From IMG/VR virus record IMGVR_UViG_3300047476_001269, positions 1 to 61,687 of that record: 61,687 bases of DNA; one strand, written 5' to 3'. A model generated the notes under the pieces. That model had not been told where the DNA came from and did no database searches. It worked only from the letters and a program-made list of their open reading frames with translations. Within the stretch, counting starts at the first letter, position 1; every line of letters starts with the position of its first letter. Shown piece by piece: positions 29,637 through 39,455 of the stretch. This DNA comes from a virus (lineage: Duplodnaviria; Caudoviricetes). The position numbers were made by a program, and so were the translations under genes.

Positions 29637-30024
29637 TGTCACGCTCATGCAAATAATAGAACGCTGTGGCGCCAGAGTATGCGGCGGTGTCGTTTACCAG
29701 TGGCATTGTTATGGTGATTCTGCACGATACATGGATTTTGTTGATGTTGTGGGCAATGAGTATGCTCATGTTGTGCATGACACTGCCACACATCGTGTGT
29801 ACGAAGTGTGTGTTCACGTGCCTGGGCAGGAGCAGGCATTTGCTTGGTATGATTCAGAATTCCACGAAGCATATCTGCAAGAGTGCAAACAGAGAAACAT
29901 TGATCCCTATGTGGCCTGGGATAACCTTAATTATACTCTAGTAGACGCAGAAACTATCATGCAGTATGCTAAAGACATAGGCGAACTGTACTACGACGAT
30001 TTACCCATACCAGAAAATGCGTGA
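29629..30024 (+). CDS. Hypothetical protein
   Basis: Coupled ORF; YQWHCYG motif. Confidence 0.65.
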   Translation: MSSVTLMQIIERCGARVCGGVVYQWHCYGDSARYMDFVDVVGNEYAHVVHDTATHRVYEVCVHVPGQEQAFAWYDSEFHEAYLQECKQRNIDPYVAWDNLNYTLVDAETIMQYAKDIGELYYDDLPIPENA

Positions 30025-30478
30025 AACATATTACAAAAAAGTTGGTCGGCGATACGTACCTGTGGCAGAGTATGACAGTTATCTAATGGATTCTTTTCCA
30101 AAAGGTTCTCATCTTGTGCAGACATATCCAGGTGGACAGTTGAGAAAATTTAATATTGATCCTGCGTATGCTCCTATGATTGCAGCCGGAAGAGTAGCCG
30201 AAGACGCTATATGTGAAATATTAAGAAAAGCCAGCGATCTAAGACCAAGTCGTGGTCCAATAACAGAAGGACAACGCAAAGCATGGGAGAAGCTTTCTAA
30301 AGAATTTGGCGACGATATCCATGTACTACAATGGCCGTCTGCAAGAGAAGCCAGTGAGAAAGCAGTACAGGCTATGGTTAAGGAAGCAGAGAAACTGTTG
30401 GATAACCCTGGTGTGCGAGCAGCATATGATCATTTTATCTTGATGTGCGAACTGACAAAAAAACATGAACAATCATAA
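30017..30478 (+). CDS. Hypothetical protein
   Basis: Coupled ORF; YYKKVGRRYVPV N-terminus. Confidence 0.65.
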   Translation: MRETYYKKVGRRYVPVAEYDSYLMDSFPKGSHLVQTYPGGQLRKFNIDPAYAPMIAAGRVAEDAICEILRKASDLRPSRGPITEGQRKAWEKLSKEFGDDIHVLQWPSAREASEKAVQAMVKEAEKLLDNPGVRAAYDHFILMCELTKKHEQS

Positions 30479-30938
30479 TGAACTTATACAACATCTAAAG
30501 GGTGTGCGCAAGGTAGTGATCAACAACTGCCACGGTGGCTTTGGTCTCAGCCATGAAGGTATTATGGCTTATCTTGACAAGTGTGGCGTTCCGTACTGGA
30601 CCGAGGTCAACGAGCGATTCAGCCGCTTAATCCCATTCAAATACTATCTAGTTCCCCCAGAAGAACGCATCAAAGGTGACCCAGACAATTGGCACGAAAT
30701 GACACTGGCAGAACGTGCCGCACACAATGCCGCATACAGCAAAACAGTATTCACTGACCGTGACTTGGCACGTGATGATCCTTATCTTGTTGCAGTGGTA
30801 GAAGAGCTAGGCAGCGAAGCAGCCAGCGGAGATCATGCTGAGCTAAAAGTGGTTGTGATACCTGCAGATGTGGATTGGTATATTGAAGAATATGATGGAG
30901 CAGAATGGGTAGCAGAACAGCACAGAACCTGGCGCTAA
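30465..30938 (+). CDS. Hypothetical phage protein
   Basis: KVVINNCHGGFGLS, RDDPYLVAVVEELG and IEEYDGAEWV. Confidence 0.7.
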   Translation: MNNHNELIQHLKGVRKVVINNCHGGFGLSHEGIMAYLDKCGVPYWTEVNERFSRLIPFKYYLVPPEERIKGDPDNWHEMTLAERAAHNAAYSKTVFTDRDLARDDPYLVAVVEELGSEAASGDHAELKVVVIPADVDWYIEEYDGAEWVAEQHRTWR

Positions 30939-31018
30939 TAGCAAAAAAAACAACAAAAGTTGCAAAAAAGCAACAAAAATCGCCCATGTTTACTAGGGCT
31001 TACAGCCCTGTGCAGCGG

Positions 31019-31047
31019 TTGACCATTTATTCCAATATCTATATAAT
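31019..31047 (+). promoter_or_regulatory. Sigma70-type early promoter
   Basis: TTGACC-17 nt-TATAAT, preceded by CGG. Confidence 0.8.
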
Positions 31048-31079
31048 ACGAAGTATATTAACTAATAAGGAGCCCAACA

Positions 31080-32123
31080 ATGTCAACAGCATTTGTTCGT
31101 ATCAAAGCCGGTGCGTATCGTAATTTTGATGCATCTGGTCGTGTGTTCCAACTTGTAGAACAGTTTAAACAAACAGCCAAAGGCGGCTATGTTACTGTTA
31201 AAAACGGTGGCAAGTTTCCTGGCTTTCCTGAAGACATTCGCATCAAAGTTGACAGCATGACTGCCTACGAGTTTGTGGGCGCGGACGAATTTGATGGCGA
31301 TATTGTGCCTGTGGATGCGGATGTGCAGAGTACTATCAATGACAGCAAAACTGACGAAGAGCGTATTGCAGAAATTGCAGAACGATTCTCTATTCTGCAG
31401 GACATGACTAAGGCTTGTGTTAACGGTGACATTCGTGCCATGATTGTATCAGGCCCTCCGGGTGTGGGCAAGAGCTTTGGTGTTGAACACGAGATTGAAA
31501 AAGTGCAGATGATGCAGATGCTGGGCAGCCAACGCCTGCGAGCTGAAGTGGTCAAAGGTAGTGCTAGCCCTATTGGCCTGTACCAAACTCTGTACAAGTA
31601 TTCTGACCCTAACTGTGTGGTTGTGTTTGACGACTGTGACTCAATCTTGCTTGATGATGTATCGCTTAACTTGCTCAAAGGTGCTTTGGATTCAGGCAAG
31701 AAACGCAAGATTAGTTGGCTGTCAGAAAGCCGTGTGCTGAAGGACGAAGGCATTCCAGACAGTTTTGATTTCAAAGGTTCGGTTATCTTTATCACCAATC
31801 TTAAGTTTGACAAGATGAAAAGCCAAAAGCTCAAGGACCACTTGGACGCTTTGCAGAGTCGCTGCCACTACTTGGATCTTACTCTTGACAGCATGCGTGA
31901 CAAGATCTTGCGTATCAAACAAATTGCAGCAACAGGCGAACTGTTCAAGGACATGGACATCAGTGAAATTGGTGCAGATGAAATTGTGCAGTTTATGGAT
32001 GATAACAAGAATACATTGCGCGAAGTGAGCTTACGCATGGCAATCAAAGTTGCTCAACTGTACAAGAGCTTTCCTAATCGTTGGCAGGCAATGGCTTCAA
32101 CCACTTGCATGAAGCCCATGTAA
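31080..32123 (+). CDS. AAA+ ATPase
   Basis: Walker A GPPGVGKS, Walker B VVVFDDCD, FITN, ALQSR. Confidence 0.85.
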   Translation: MSTAFVRIKAGAYRNFDASGRVFQLVEQFKQTAKGGYVTVKNGGKFPGFPEDIRIKVDSMTAYEFVGADEFDGDIVPVDADVQSTINDSKTDEERIAEIAERFSILQDMTKACVNGDIRAMIVSGPPGVGKSFGVEHEIEKVQMMQMLGSQRLRAEVVKGSASPIGLYQTLYKYSDPNCVVVFDDCDSILLDDVSLNLLKGALDSGKKRKISWLSESRVLKDEGIPDSFDFKGSVIFITNLKFDKMKSQKLKDHLDALQSRCHYLDLTLDSMRDKILRIKQIAATGELFKDMDISEIGADEIVQFMDDNKNTLREVSLRMAIKVAQLYKSFPNRWQAMASTTCMKPM

Positions 32124-32192
32124 AGAATTAAACGGGCAACGTCCCGTTTGATGGTTGTGGTTTGTTAGCTCCTTTCCACAATCACCTTTTAT

Positions 32193-32219
32193 GCCCTACC
32201 CGATGGTAGGGCTTTTTTT
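32193..32219 (+). terminator. Intrinsic terminator
   Basis: GCCCTACC-CGAT-GGTAGGGC-TTTTTTT. Confidence 0.85.
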
Positions 32220-32251
32220 GACTTCTTAAATAGTATACGTTACAATACACT

Positions 32252-33385
32252 ATGAAGATAACCTTTCCACATGTTGAAGACTACCTGGAAGTAATTGCTG
32301 GCAAAAAAGCATTACCGGGTTCGGTTGCTTTGGTCAGTCAATTTTGGAGCGTCTATGCTCCTATCATTAGTCTAGCTAGATACGATAACAATTTTTTGGA
32401 TAATGTTACAGACCAAACCATAAACGGTGGTGCACTTACAGATCGACAGGCCGAACTGGCGGTGAAGTTGATAACCAAGTATCGTAGACAGTTGCATGCA
32501 CATAATGTAGACGTGCCAGACATGACTGTGCCAACGTTTCGGCGTGCTCTTAGAATAGTTGACCGAAGCAAAAGTGCAGGTGTGGTTGATGATAGGATAT
32601 ACTTAAAGTTTCCATATGACTCCAAGACTATTGATGTGATAAGATCCATGAGCAAGCAAAGTCAAGGCAGCATGCTGTTTGACCGCGAAAACAAGATTTG
32701 GAAAATGGCTTTAACCGAATACAATGTAAATTGGGTCTATGAGTATGCCAAGCAAAATGATTTTACCATTGATCAACGTTTGCAGGATCTAATGCAAAAG
32801 ATAATCGTGGCTGAAAATCAAGGATATGAAATTCTCTTGACCAAGCAAGATCATAAACTGCAAATTACCAATGCTCATGAAAATCTAATAAAATATCTAG
32901 AGAAAAAAATTGGACCTTTTGAATCACATAACACAAATCGCTTGATAGACTATGCTAGCATACTAGGATATCAGGTGAGCCAGGATCTTGTGGACCAAGC
33001 AGAAGAGCAATTTGGTGGCAGCACTCTGTTGCTCATGATGAATAGAGAATACGATTTCAACCAAGGCGAAAATATAGAACAGCGTGTGATTGACTATGCA
33101 AGTGTGGTGAATAGATATCCTATTGTGGTTTTTAATCCTACTGCAACACAAAATCAAGAACAATGGACCAAGAAATTTAACGAGTCTGAGGTGCAGTTTA
33201 TAAACAACACAAGCACTGTTGAAATAGATCCTAATGCCAAATTAATATACACTCAAAAAGCACTTAAAAACATGAGCAGTATTCCATTGCTGGTGTCTTA
33301 TGTGGGCATGATGATAGGCACTGAAAAACAGTTAATGAGTGTAGCAGCAGAAAAGATATTTTTCACTGCCAAGAAATTAAAGTAG
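32252..33385 (+). CDS. Hypothetical protein with HARP-like segment
   Basis: LKFPYD...FDRENKIW; TTGACT-17-TACAAT ends 5 nt before the ATG; ends in TAG. Confidence 0.6.
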   Translation: MKITFPHVEDYLEVIAGKKALPGSVALVSQFWSVYAPIISLARYDNNFLDNVTDQTINGGALTDRQAELAVKLITKYRRQLHAHNVDVPDMTVPTFRRALRIVDRSKSAGVVDDRIYLKFPYDSKTIDVIRSMSKQSQGSMLFDRENKIWKMALTEYNVNWVYEYAKQNDFTIDQRLQDLMQKIIVAENQGYEILLTKQDHKLQITNAHENLIKYLEKKIGPFESHNTNRLIDYASILGYQVSQDLVDQAEEQFGGSTLLLMMNREYDFNQGENIEQRVIDYASVVNRYPIVVFNPTATQNQEQWTKKFNESEVQFINNTSTVEIDPNAKLIYTQKALKNMSSIPLLVSYVGMMIGTEKQLMSVAAEKIFFTAKKLK

Positions 33386-33424
33386 TGGTTGCACTTGCGA
33401 CTACAGGTGTGTTATAGTGTCAAC

Positions 33425-34879
33425 ATGTTTGCAAAATTATTAATCAAAGATGAAGTCAACGTAAAGATAGAAGGACTGGAACTTGGTGATAGAAAGGCCC
33501 TGGTAGACAAATACAAATATGAAATACCAGGTGCTAGATATTTGCCCGCGGTGCGATTAGGTCGCTGGGATGGCAAGGTCAGTTATTTTCAACTGGGTGG
33601 CAGTACCTATATTAATCTGCTGCCTGAAGTTCTAGCGTATCTACACAATCGTGGCTACGATATTGATCTAGAAGACACTAGAACCTATCGCACACAGTTT
33701 GACTTTACTCCGGTTAACGAAAACAGCTACAACCATATAGCCTGGCCCAAGGGTCATCCCAAAGCGGGCGAACCCATGGTGCTGCGCGACTATCAGCCTG
33801 AGATCATCAATAGGTTTTTTGAAAACCCACAGAGTGTACAAGAGATTGCTACAGGCGCAGGCAAGACTGTGATCACAGCAGCACTCAGCGATGCAGTTAG
33901 CCAGTATGGACGCAGCATAGTTATAGTTCCTAACAAGAGCTTGGTCACACAAACTGAAGCGGACTATATCAACATGCAGCTGGATGTGGGTGTGTTCTTT
34001 GGCGATAGAAAAGAGTTTGGACGTACACATACCATATGCACTTGGCAGAGCCTGAATGTGCTGCTCAAGAACACCCGGAACCATGAAGCAGATATTACCA
34101 TACAGGAGTTCTTGGAAGGTGTGGTGTGCGTGATCGTGGATGAAGTACACATGGCCAAAGCCGATGCACTCAAGACTCTGCTCACAGGTGTTATGGCAGA
34201 AATTCCCATCCGCTGGGGACTCACAGGAACCATACCCAAAGAAGAATACGAACGCATGGCCTTGAAGTGCAGTATTGGCGAAGTAGTAGGCAATCTCAAG
34301 GCAGCGGAACTGCAAGAAGCCGGGCATCTGGCACAGTGTCATGTAAACATTGTGCAGCTGGTTGATCACGTGGAGTACAACAACTATCAAAGTGAACTAA
34401 AATATTTGTTAGAAACTGATGGACGCCTGGACTATATAAGTAGATTGGTTGAGACTGTGAGAGAAAGTGGTAACACTCTTATACTGGTAGACCGTGTGGC
34501 AGCAGGGCAAGCTCTAGTGTCTAGAATTCAAGATGCTGTGTTTGTGAGTGGCGCAACCAAAGCAAAGGATCGCAAATCAGAATATGATGAAATTGCAACA
34601 AGTGATGACAAGGTTATTGTGGCGACTTACGGTGTGGCCGCTGTGGGTATTAATATCCCTAGGATTTTTAATCTGGTTCTTCTGGAGCCCGGAAAGAGCT
34701 TTGTCCGCGTTATACAAAGCATTGGACGAGGAATCCGTAAGGCAGAGGACAAGGACTTTGTCCAAATCTGGGATATTACCTCCACCTGTAAGTTTGCCAA
34801 AAGACACCTTACCAAGAGAAAGGCTTTCTACAAGGAAGCCAACTACCCGTTTGCGGTAGAGAAAGCAGAGTGGCAATGA
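33425..34879 (+). CDS. uvsW: UvsW-like SF2 DNA helicase
   Basis: LRDYQ, ATGAGKT, DEVH, LTGT, QSIGRGIR. Confidence 0.85.
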   Translation: MFAKLLIKDEVNVKIEGLELGDRKALVDKYKYEIPGARYLPAVRLGRWDGKVSYFQLGGSTYINLLPEVLAYLHNRGYDIDLEDTRTYRTQFDFTPVNENSYNHIAWPKGHPKAGEPMVLRDYQPEIINRFFENPQSVQEIATGAGKTVITAALSDAVSQYGRSIVIVPNKSLVTQTEADYINMQLDVGVFFGDRKEFGRTHTICTWQSLNVLLKNTRNHEADITIQEFLEGVVCVIVDEVHMAKADALKTLLTGVMAEIPIRWGLTGTIPKEEYERMALKCSIGEVVGNLKAAELQEAGHLAQCHVNIVQLVDHVEYNNYQSELKYLLETDGRLDYISRLVETVRESGNTLILVDRVAAGQALVSRIQDAVFVSGATKAKDRKSEYDEIATSDDKVIVATYGVAAVGINIPRIFNLVLLEPGKSFVRVIQSIGRGIRKAEDKDFVQIWDITSTCKFAKRHLTKRKAFYKEANYPFAVEKAEWQ

Positions 34880-35067
34880 AATTTGACATAGAAGATCGTG
34901 GCAACGGTATTACTTGGATACGAGTATACGATTACCGGTCCCATGTTAAAGTAGCTGATTGGTGTGAAACCACCGGCTGCGGTAAACGAGTTAATCACAC
35001 TGCTTTCAGCTTCAAACGAGAACAAGATCTCACCGCATTTTTATTAAGGTGGCAAGGACAAGAATGA
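34876..35067 (+). CDS. Small hypothetical protein
   Basis: ATGA overlaps at both ends; C-terminal FLLRW. Confidence 0.6.
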   Translation: MKFDIEDRGNGITWIRVYDYRSHVKVADWCETTGCGKRVNHTAFSFKREQDLTAFLLRWQGQE

Positions 35068-35564
35068 GAATACTAACACTAGAAAATACCGCATTTGAAA
35101 TGAACGAAATTCCGGACGAAGTTGATGATTTACGCTTTTGCGTGTTTGACAACAGCGACCCAAAAGATCCAGACTACTTTTTCATTCCTCTTATATTCCT
35201 AGAGAGCTTTAACTCTCCTGCACTGGTGTTGCGCATAGGAGAACATACCATACGTATGCCTGTGGATTGGCAGATACTCATAGGTGAACCAGACCTCGGT
35301 GACCTAGAAGTGGTACCGCTTACATCAATTAATGATCGTGGGTTCAGCGTGTTTACATTTAATCCTCGTAGCAGTTTTCGTCCAGAATTTCAACCAGTAG
35401 AAATTATAGATATCTATCAAGATGTCAAATGGTACTTTCCTAAACTCAAGCCAGGGCAGATGTTGGCAGTACCACTTAGCATAGGAGAGGATCCTGTGTG
35501 CGCATATTTTATCAAAGACGTAAGTAGACAAAGTGAAGTTGTTGATTATGGAAAGGTGTGGTGA
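35064..35564 (+). CDS. Hypothetical protein
   Basis: Coupled ORF in the replication operon. Confidence 0.65.
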   Translation: MRILTLENTAFEMNEIPDEVDDLRFCVFDNSDPKDPDYFFIPLIFLESFNSPALVLRIGEHTIRMPVDWQILIGEPDLGDLEVVPLTSINDRGFSVFTFNPRSSFRPEFQPVEIIDIYQDVKWYFPKLKPGQMLAVPLSIGEDPVCAYFIKDVSRQSEVVDYGKVW

Positions 35565-35908
35565 TGCAAATCAAATACAAAAAAACTGACATTGGTGGCG
35601 ACATTGTAAAAGACAACGAAGTGTATCAATTGAAAGATAATAAAACTCTAAATAATCTGGTACTCAGCAGTACTCGTCTTTATCGTGGGCAGCAAACACG
35701 AGGACATCGCCATGAGGGACAGGAAGAAGTTTACTTCTTTGTTGGAGGATACGGTGAAATGATCGTAGGCGACGAAGACTCGGAACCGTTTGGAGTGGCA
35801 GCCGGAGACATAGTGCTTATACCAGACGGTGCATTCCATCGTGTGATCAATACCGGTGATCTGGACATGCTGTTTAACTGTGTGTTTGACGGCAAGAGGA
35901 ATCACTAA
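35564..35908 (+). CDS. Cupin-domain protein
   Basis: GHRHEGQEEVYFF and AGDIVLIPDGAFHRV. Confidence 0.8.
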   Translation: MQIKYKKTDIGGDIVKDNEVYQLKDNKTLNNLVLSSTRLYRGQQTRGHRHEGQEEVYFFVGGYGEMIVGDEDSEPFGVAAGDIVLIPDGAFHRVINTGDLDMLFNCVFDGKRNH

Positions 35909-36201
35909 TGGGACGCCTTAGACCCGGTGCAGAGTACGTCTACGAAAAGGCAAATGGCATAACCTATGCTAGAGAGGTGGGCGCACATCCTGGCGATAGG
36001 TTTGAAATTGGGCGTGATTGGAATTACACTGATGAACCCAAGATACTGGGCATGCCATTGAACCAAGTGGCTGTGTATGTTGACATGGTGCGTGAAGCTG
36101 AGCATAATCCTGCTTTACAAGCAGCACTAGAACATGCTAGAATAGTCTATGAACTGTGTCGTGACCACAGCAATAACGAAGTAAAATGGCATCCGGTATG
36201 A
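35908..36201 (+). CDS. Hypothetical protein
   Basis: TAATG coupling. Confidence 0.6.
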   Translation: MGRLRPGAEYVYEKANGITYAREVGAHPGDRFEIGRDWNYTDEPKILGMPLNQVAVYVDMVREAEHNPALQAALEHARIVYELCRDHSNNEVKWHPV

Positions 36202-36662
36202 GCGATAAACTAAACATCAACAATGAAATGGCACAGCTAGATCGTAAGAATCGCCGCTTCTACGATGAACTCACAGATGAAGAACGTAAAAAGTTCAGTA
36301 CCTTTTTGATGTTACGGTGGGGCAGTAGTGTGCAAGCAGACGGTGATATTCAGGCTTACTATGTGATGAGTTGTAATGAAAATCTTAACAAACACTTTTT
36401 CAATATCAGTCGCCATCCAAAATTGCAATGGTTGTGTGCCACAGCAGTGAGCCCGGGTGTTGGTACATTTCGGCATCAGTGGATTGCTCTAAAAAAACGA
36501 GAAGGTACAGACAACAAAGCCACCAAGTTTCTAAAAGAAATATATCCATTGGCCAAGGATGACGAAATTGAATTACTCAGACAGCTTAACACTAAAGACG
36601 ATCTTAAGCAATTGGCAAGAGCACATGGATGGGATGACCGACGAATCAAATCCGACCTTTAA
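36198..36662 (+). CDS. Hypothetical protein, possibly clamp-loader small subunit-like
   Basis: Coupled ORF; only weak resemblance to T4 gp62-type pattern. Confidence 0.45.
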   Translation: MSDKLNINNEMAQLDRKNRRFYDELTDEERKKFSTFLMLRWGSSVQADGDIQAYYVMSCNENLNKHFFNISRHPKLQWLCATAVSPGVGTFRHQWIALKKREGTDNKATKFLKEIYPLAKDDEIELLRQLNTKDDLKQLARAHGWDDRRIKSDL

Positions 36663-37335
36663 ATGTCGATACTGCAACAAAGACTTTCGCAAGGAAAGCA
36701 CTCTTGCAGTGCATCTGTGTGAAAACAAAAGACGGTGGCAACAGGAAAAAGAAACAGGTGTGCAACTGGGGCTTAGATCGTATTTGCAGTTTTATGAAAC
36801 AACACAAGGCAGCGCAAAGCTGAAAAGCTATGAAGACTTTGTTAACAGCCCTTATTATAATGCTTTCGTTCGTTACGGCAGACATCTGGTTGCTATCAGG
36901 GCTATCAATAGCAGTAGTTTTACTGCATGGCTCTTAAAGAATAACAAGAAGCTGGACCAGTGGTGCAAGGACAGCTTCTATGACGAGTGGCTGCAGGACT
37001 ATATAAAGAAAGAGGCGGTGCAAGATGCACTTGAGCGCGGTCTCAAGGAGATGCAGGAATATGCAGAACATAATAGAGACCTTAGAAATGGTTTTGTTGA
37101 TTATTTTCGGTATGGTAATTCTAACCGTGTTTGCCATCACATCACTAGTGGTCGTATTAGTGCTTGGGTGGTTTTTAACTGTGACAGCGGCGTATCTTTT
37201 CTTGAAGGATTGGATAGCGGCCAGATTGACATGATCATGCCTTATATAGATCCGGACTATTGGCAACGTAAGTTTCACGACTACATGGCAGACACAGAAT
37301 GGGCCAAACATGTGCTCAAGGAAGCAGGACTATGA
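36634..37335 (+). CDS. C2H2-like zinc-finger protein
   Basis: FKCRYCNKDFRKESTLAVHLC; start uncertain (36625 or 36634). Confidence 0.65.
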   Translation: MTDESNPTFKCRYCNKDFRKESTLAVHLCENKRRWQQEKETGVQLGLRSYLQFYETTQGSAKLKSYEDFVNSPYYNAFVRYGRHLVAIRAINSSSFTAWLLKNNKKLDQWCKDSFYDEWLQDYIKKEAVQDALERGLKEMQEYAEHNRDLRNGFVDYFRYGNSNRVCHHITSGRISAWVVFNCDSGVSFLEGLDSGQIDMIMPYIDPDYWQRKFHDYMADTEWAKHVLKEAGL

Positions 37336-37922
37336 AATTTCGCAGTGATATTGACATTGACTTCGCTGACCGTACACAAATATTAGGCTATATTAAGCAT
37401 ACTGTGGCCAGTCAACAACGAGATAACGAGCTAGCTCCTCACAACACAGGTGTGTATGTAACCAACATACCTGTGGATCCTATCAAAGACATAGCCAGTA
37501 TAGACTATAATGCAGCAGAAGATCGCGGCTACATCAAACTGGATTTTCTAAATGTAAACTTATATCAGCAGGTATGCAACGAAGCTCATCTAGAACAGCT
37601 CATGCATACCGAGCCAGATTGGAACAGATTCAACACAGACCAAGAGTTTTTTGAACAATTAATACATGTAAACAATCATTGGGATCTGTTGAAAAAAATG
37701 CCCGAGCCTGTGAATACTATTCCTCGCTTGGCCATGTTTCTTGCAATAATACGTCCGGCCAAACGACACCTAGCAGGACAAATTTGGGCCGAGGTATCAA
37801 AAACAGTATGGGATAAAACAGAAGATGTGTACTATTTTAAGAAGGCGCATGCAATCAGTTATGCTCATCTAGTTGTTGTGAACATGAATTTATTAACCAA
37901 TCTTGCGCACCAGAGTAATTGA
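37332..37922 (+). CDS. Miniature DNA polymerase III alpha (DnaE)-like protein
   Basis: DIDIDF, HNTGVY, KLDFL, LAIIRPA, YYFKKAHAISYA. Confidence 0.75.
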   Translation: MKFRSDIDIDFADRTQILGYIKHTVASQQRDNELAPHNTGVYVTNIPVDPIKDIASIDYNAAEDRGYIKLDFLNVNLYQQVCNEAHLEQLMHTEPDWNRFNTDQEFFEQLIHVNNHWDLLKKMPEPVNTIPRLAMFLAIIRPAKRHLAGQIWAEVSKTVWDKTEDVYYFKKAHAISYAHLVVVNMNLLTNLAHQSN

Positions 37923-38294
37923 TCTGCGTTTGCTTTTTTTAGAAGCAATTTCTTTTAGGCTAATATAAGGACCAAACTTGATAGTAACATCGCGACTGTT
38001 AAGAGTTTTCAAACAGTACTTAAAAGGCATCCATTCGTGTCTTAAAAACACATTAATGGGCATAAGTCTGTTGCTTTCCCACCACCACACATCTCCTAGT
38101 TGAAGAAACTGTGTTTTTTCTTCTTCGGTGCGAAGGCAACCAAAGTCGTACACCGAGGTGAGATAATCGTCAACGTTTTGAATGATACCAATATACTCGG
38201 AACCACCGTAGCCGATGTAGCTTATAAAAGGATATTTTTCTAACAGAAGTTTATGGTATTCTGTTAGTTCTGGGGCTATTTTTTTAGATGCCAT
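37893..38294 (-). CDS. Hypothetical protein
   Basis: TATAAATA 6 nt upstream; WWWESNR motif. Confidence 0.65.
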   Translation of the reverse strand: MASKKIAPELTEYHKLLLEKYPFISYIGYGGSEYIGIIQNVDDYLTSVYDFGCLRTEEEKTQFLQLGDVWWWESNRLMPINVFLRHEWMPFKYCLKTLNSRDVTIKFGPYISLKEIASKKSKRRSITLVRKIG

Positions 38295-38357
38295 ACGGTT
38301 TATTTATATTTTGGATATCTTTACATTATAAATGATCAAGTGTATAATGTATCAAGC

Positions 38358-39455
38358 ATGAATATCATACAGACCGAAGTTAATAGTTTATTGCCAGCAC
38401 AGCGCAAGACTGCAAATAAATGGATCAGTTTTAACGCTCCTTGCTGTGTGCATACAGGCGAAACACAGGATCGGCGCAGGCGCGGCGGCGTGCTGTATGC
38501 GTCTGACGGTGGAGTGAGCTATCACTGTTTTAATTGCGGATTCAAAACCAGTTATCGCCCTGGGCGAGCTCTTAGCTACAAGTTCAAGCGTTGGTTGGAA
38601 TGGATGGGCGCAGATCACAATCTGGTGCAACGCCTGGTTATTGAAGCTCTGCGTATAAAAGAACAATCACCAGAACAGATACAAGCACAAAGCAAGAGCA
38701 ACACTATTAGTTTTGCTCCTAGGTCTTTGCCCGAGAACAGCGCCACTCTTAGACAGCTAGGCTTGACCATGGCACTAAAAATGCAGTGGAACGAAAACAA
38801 TCAAATTCTTTGGGACGAAACACTGGTACCATCTGATGTTCTAGCAGTGTTAGACTATGTGGGCACTCGTTACACTGATAGATCAAAAAATTATGATTTC
38901 TATTACACAGACGAAACCAGTTACAATCTACATCGCAGAGTGATCATACCCTTCTATTGGCAGAATCAATTGATTGGATACACAGCTCGTGCTGTGTATC
39001 CAGATGTCAAGCCCAAGTATCATTCTAATTACGAGCCAAACTATGTGTTTAACATGGATCAACAGACTGCAGAAAAACAGTTTGTGATTGTGGTTGAAGG
39101 ACCTTTTGATGCCATGGCAGTGGATGGTGTGGCTGTGCTCAGCAGTGAAGTCAGTGAATTGCAGGCCGATATCATAGACAGTCTTGGTCGTGAAGTGATT
39201 GTGGTTCCGGACTTTGATGCACATGTTAACGAGAAGACTGGTAAAAAAGTTTGGGCCGGTCGTAGTCTAATTGAAGCAGCATTGGATTATGGATGGAGTG
39301 TGAGCTTTCCGGTATGGTACGAAAATTACAAGGATGTGGCAGAGGCAGCCACTGCATTAGGCAGTTTATTTGTGCTCAAGAGTATATTGGATGCACGACA
39401 ATCTAATCCCTTAAAAATTGAACTGCAAGCAAAACAAATATATAATAAACTATGA
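38358..39455 (+). CDS. DNA primase (Zn finger plus TOPRIM)
   Basis: APCC...YHCFNCG; VVEGPFDA; VPDFD; KDVAEA. Confidence 0.8.
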   Translation: MNIIQTEVNSLLPAQRKTANKWISFNAPCCVHTGETQDRRRRGGVLYASDGGVSYHCFNCGFKTSYRPGRALSYKFKRWLEWMGADHNLVQRLVIEALRIKEQSPEQIQAQSKSNTISFAPRSLPENSATLRQLGLTMALKMQWNENNQILWDETLVPSDVLAVLDYVGTRYTDRSKNYDFYYTDETSYNLHRRVIIPFYWQNQLIGYTARAVYPDVKPKYHSNYEPNYVFNMDQQTAEKQFVIVVEGPFDAMAVDGVAVLSSEVSELQADIIDSLGREVIVVPDFDAHVNEKTGKKVWAGRSLIEAALDYGWSVSFPVWYENYKDVAEAATALGSLFVLKSILDARQSNPLKIELQAKQIYNKL

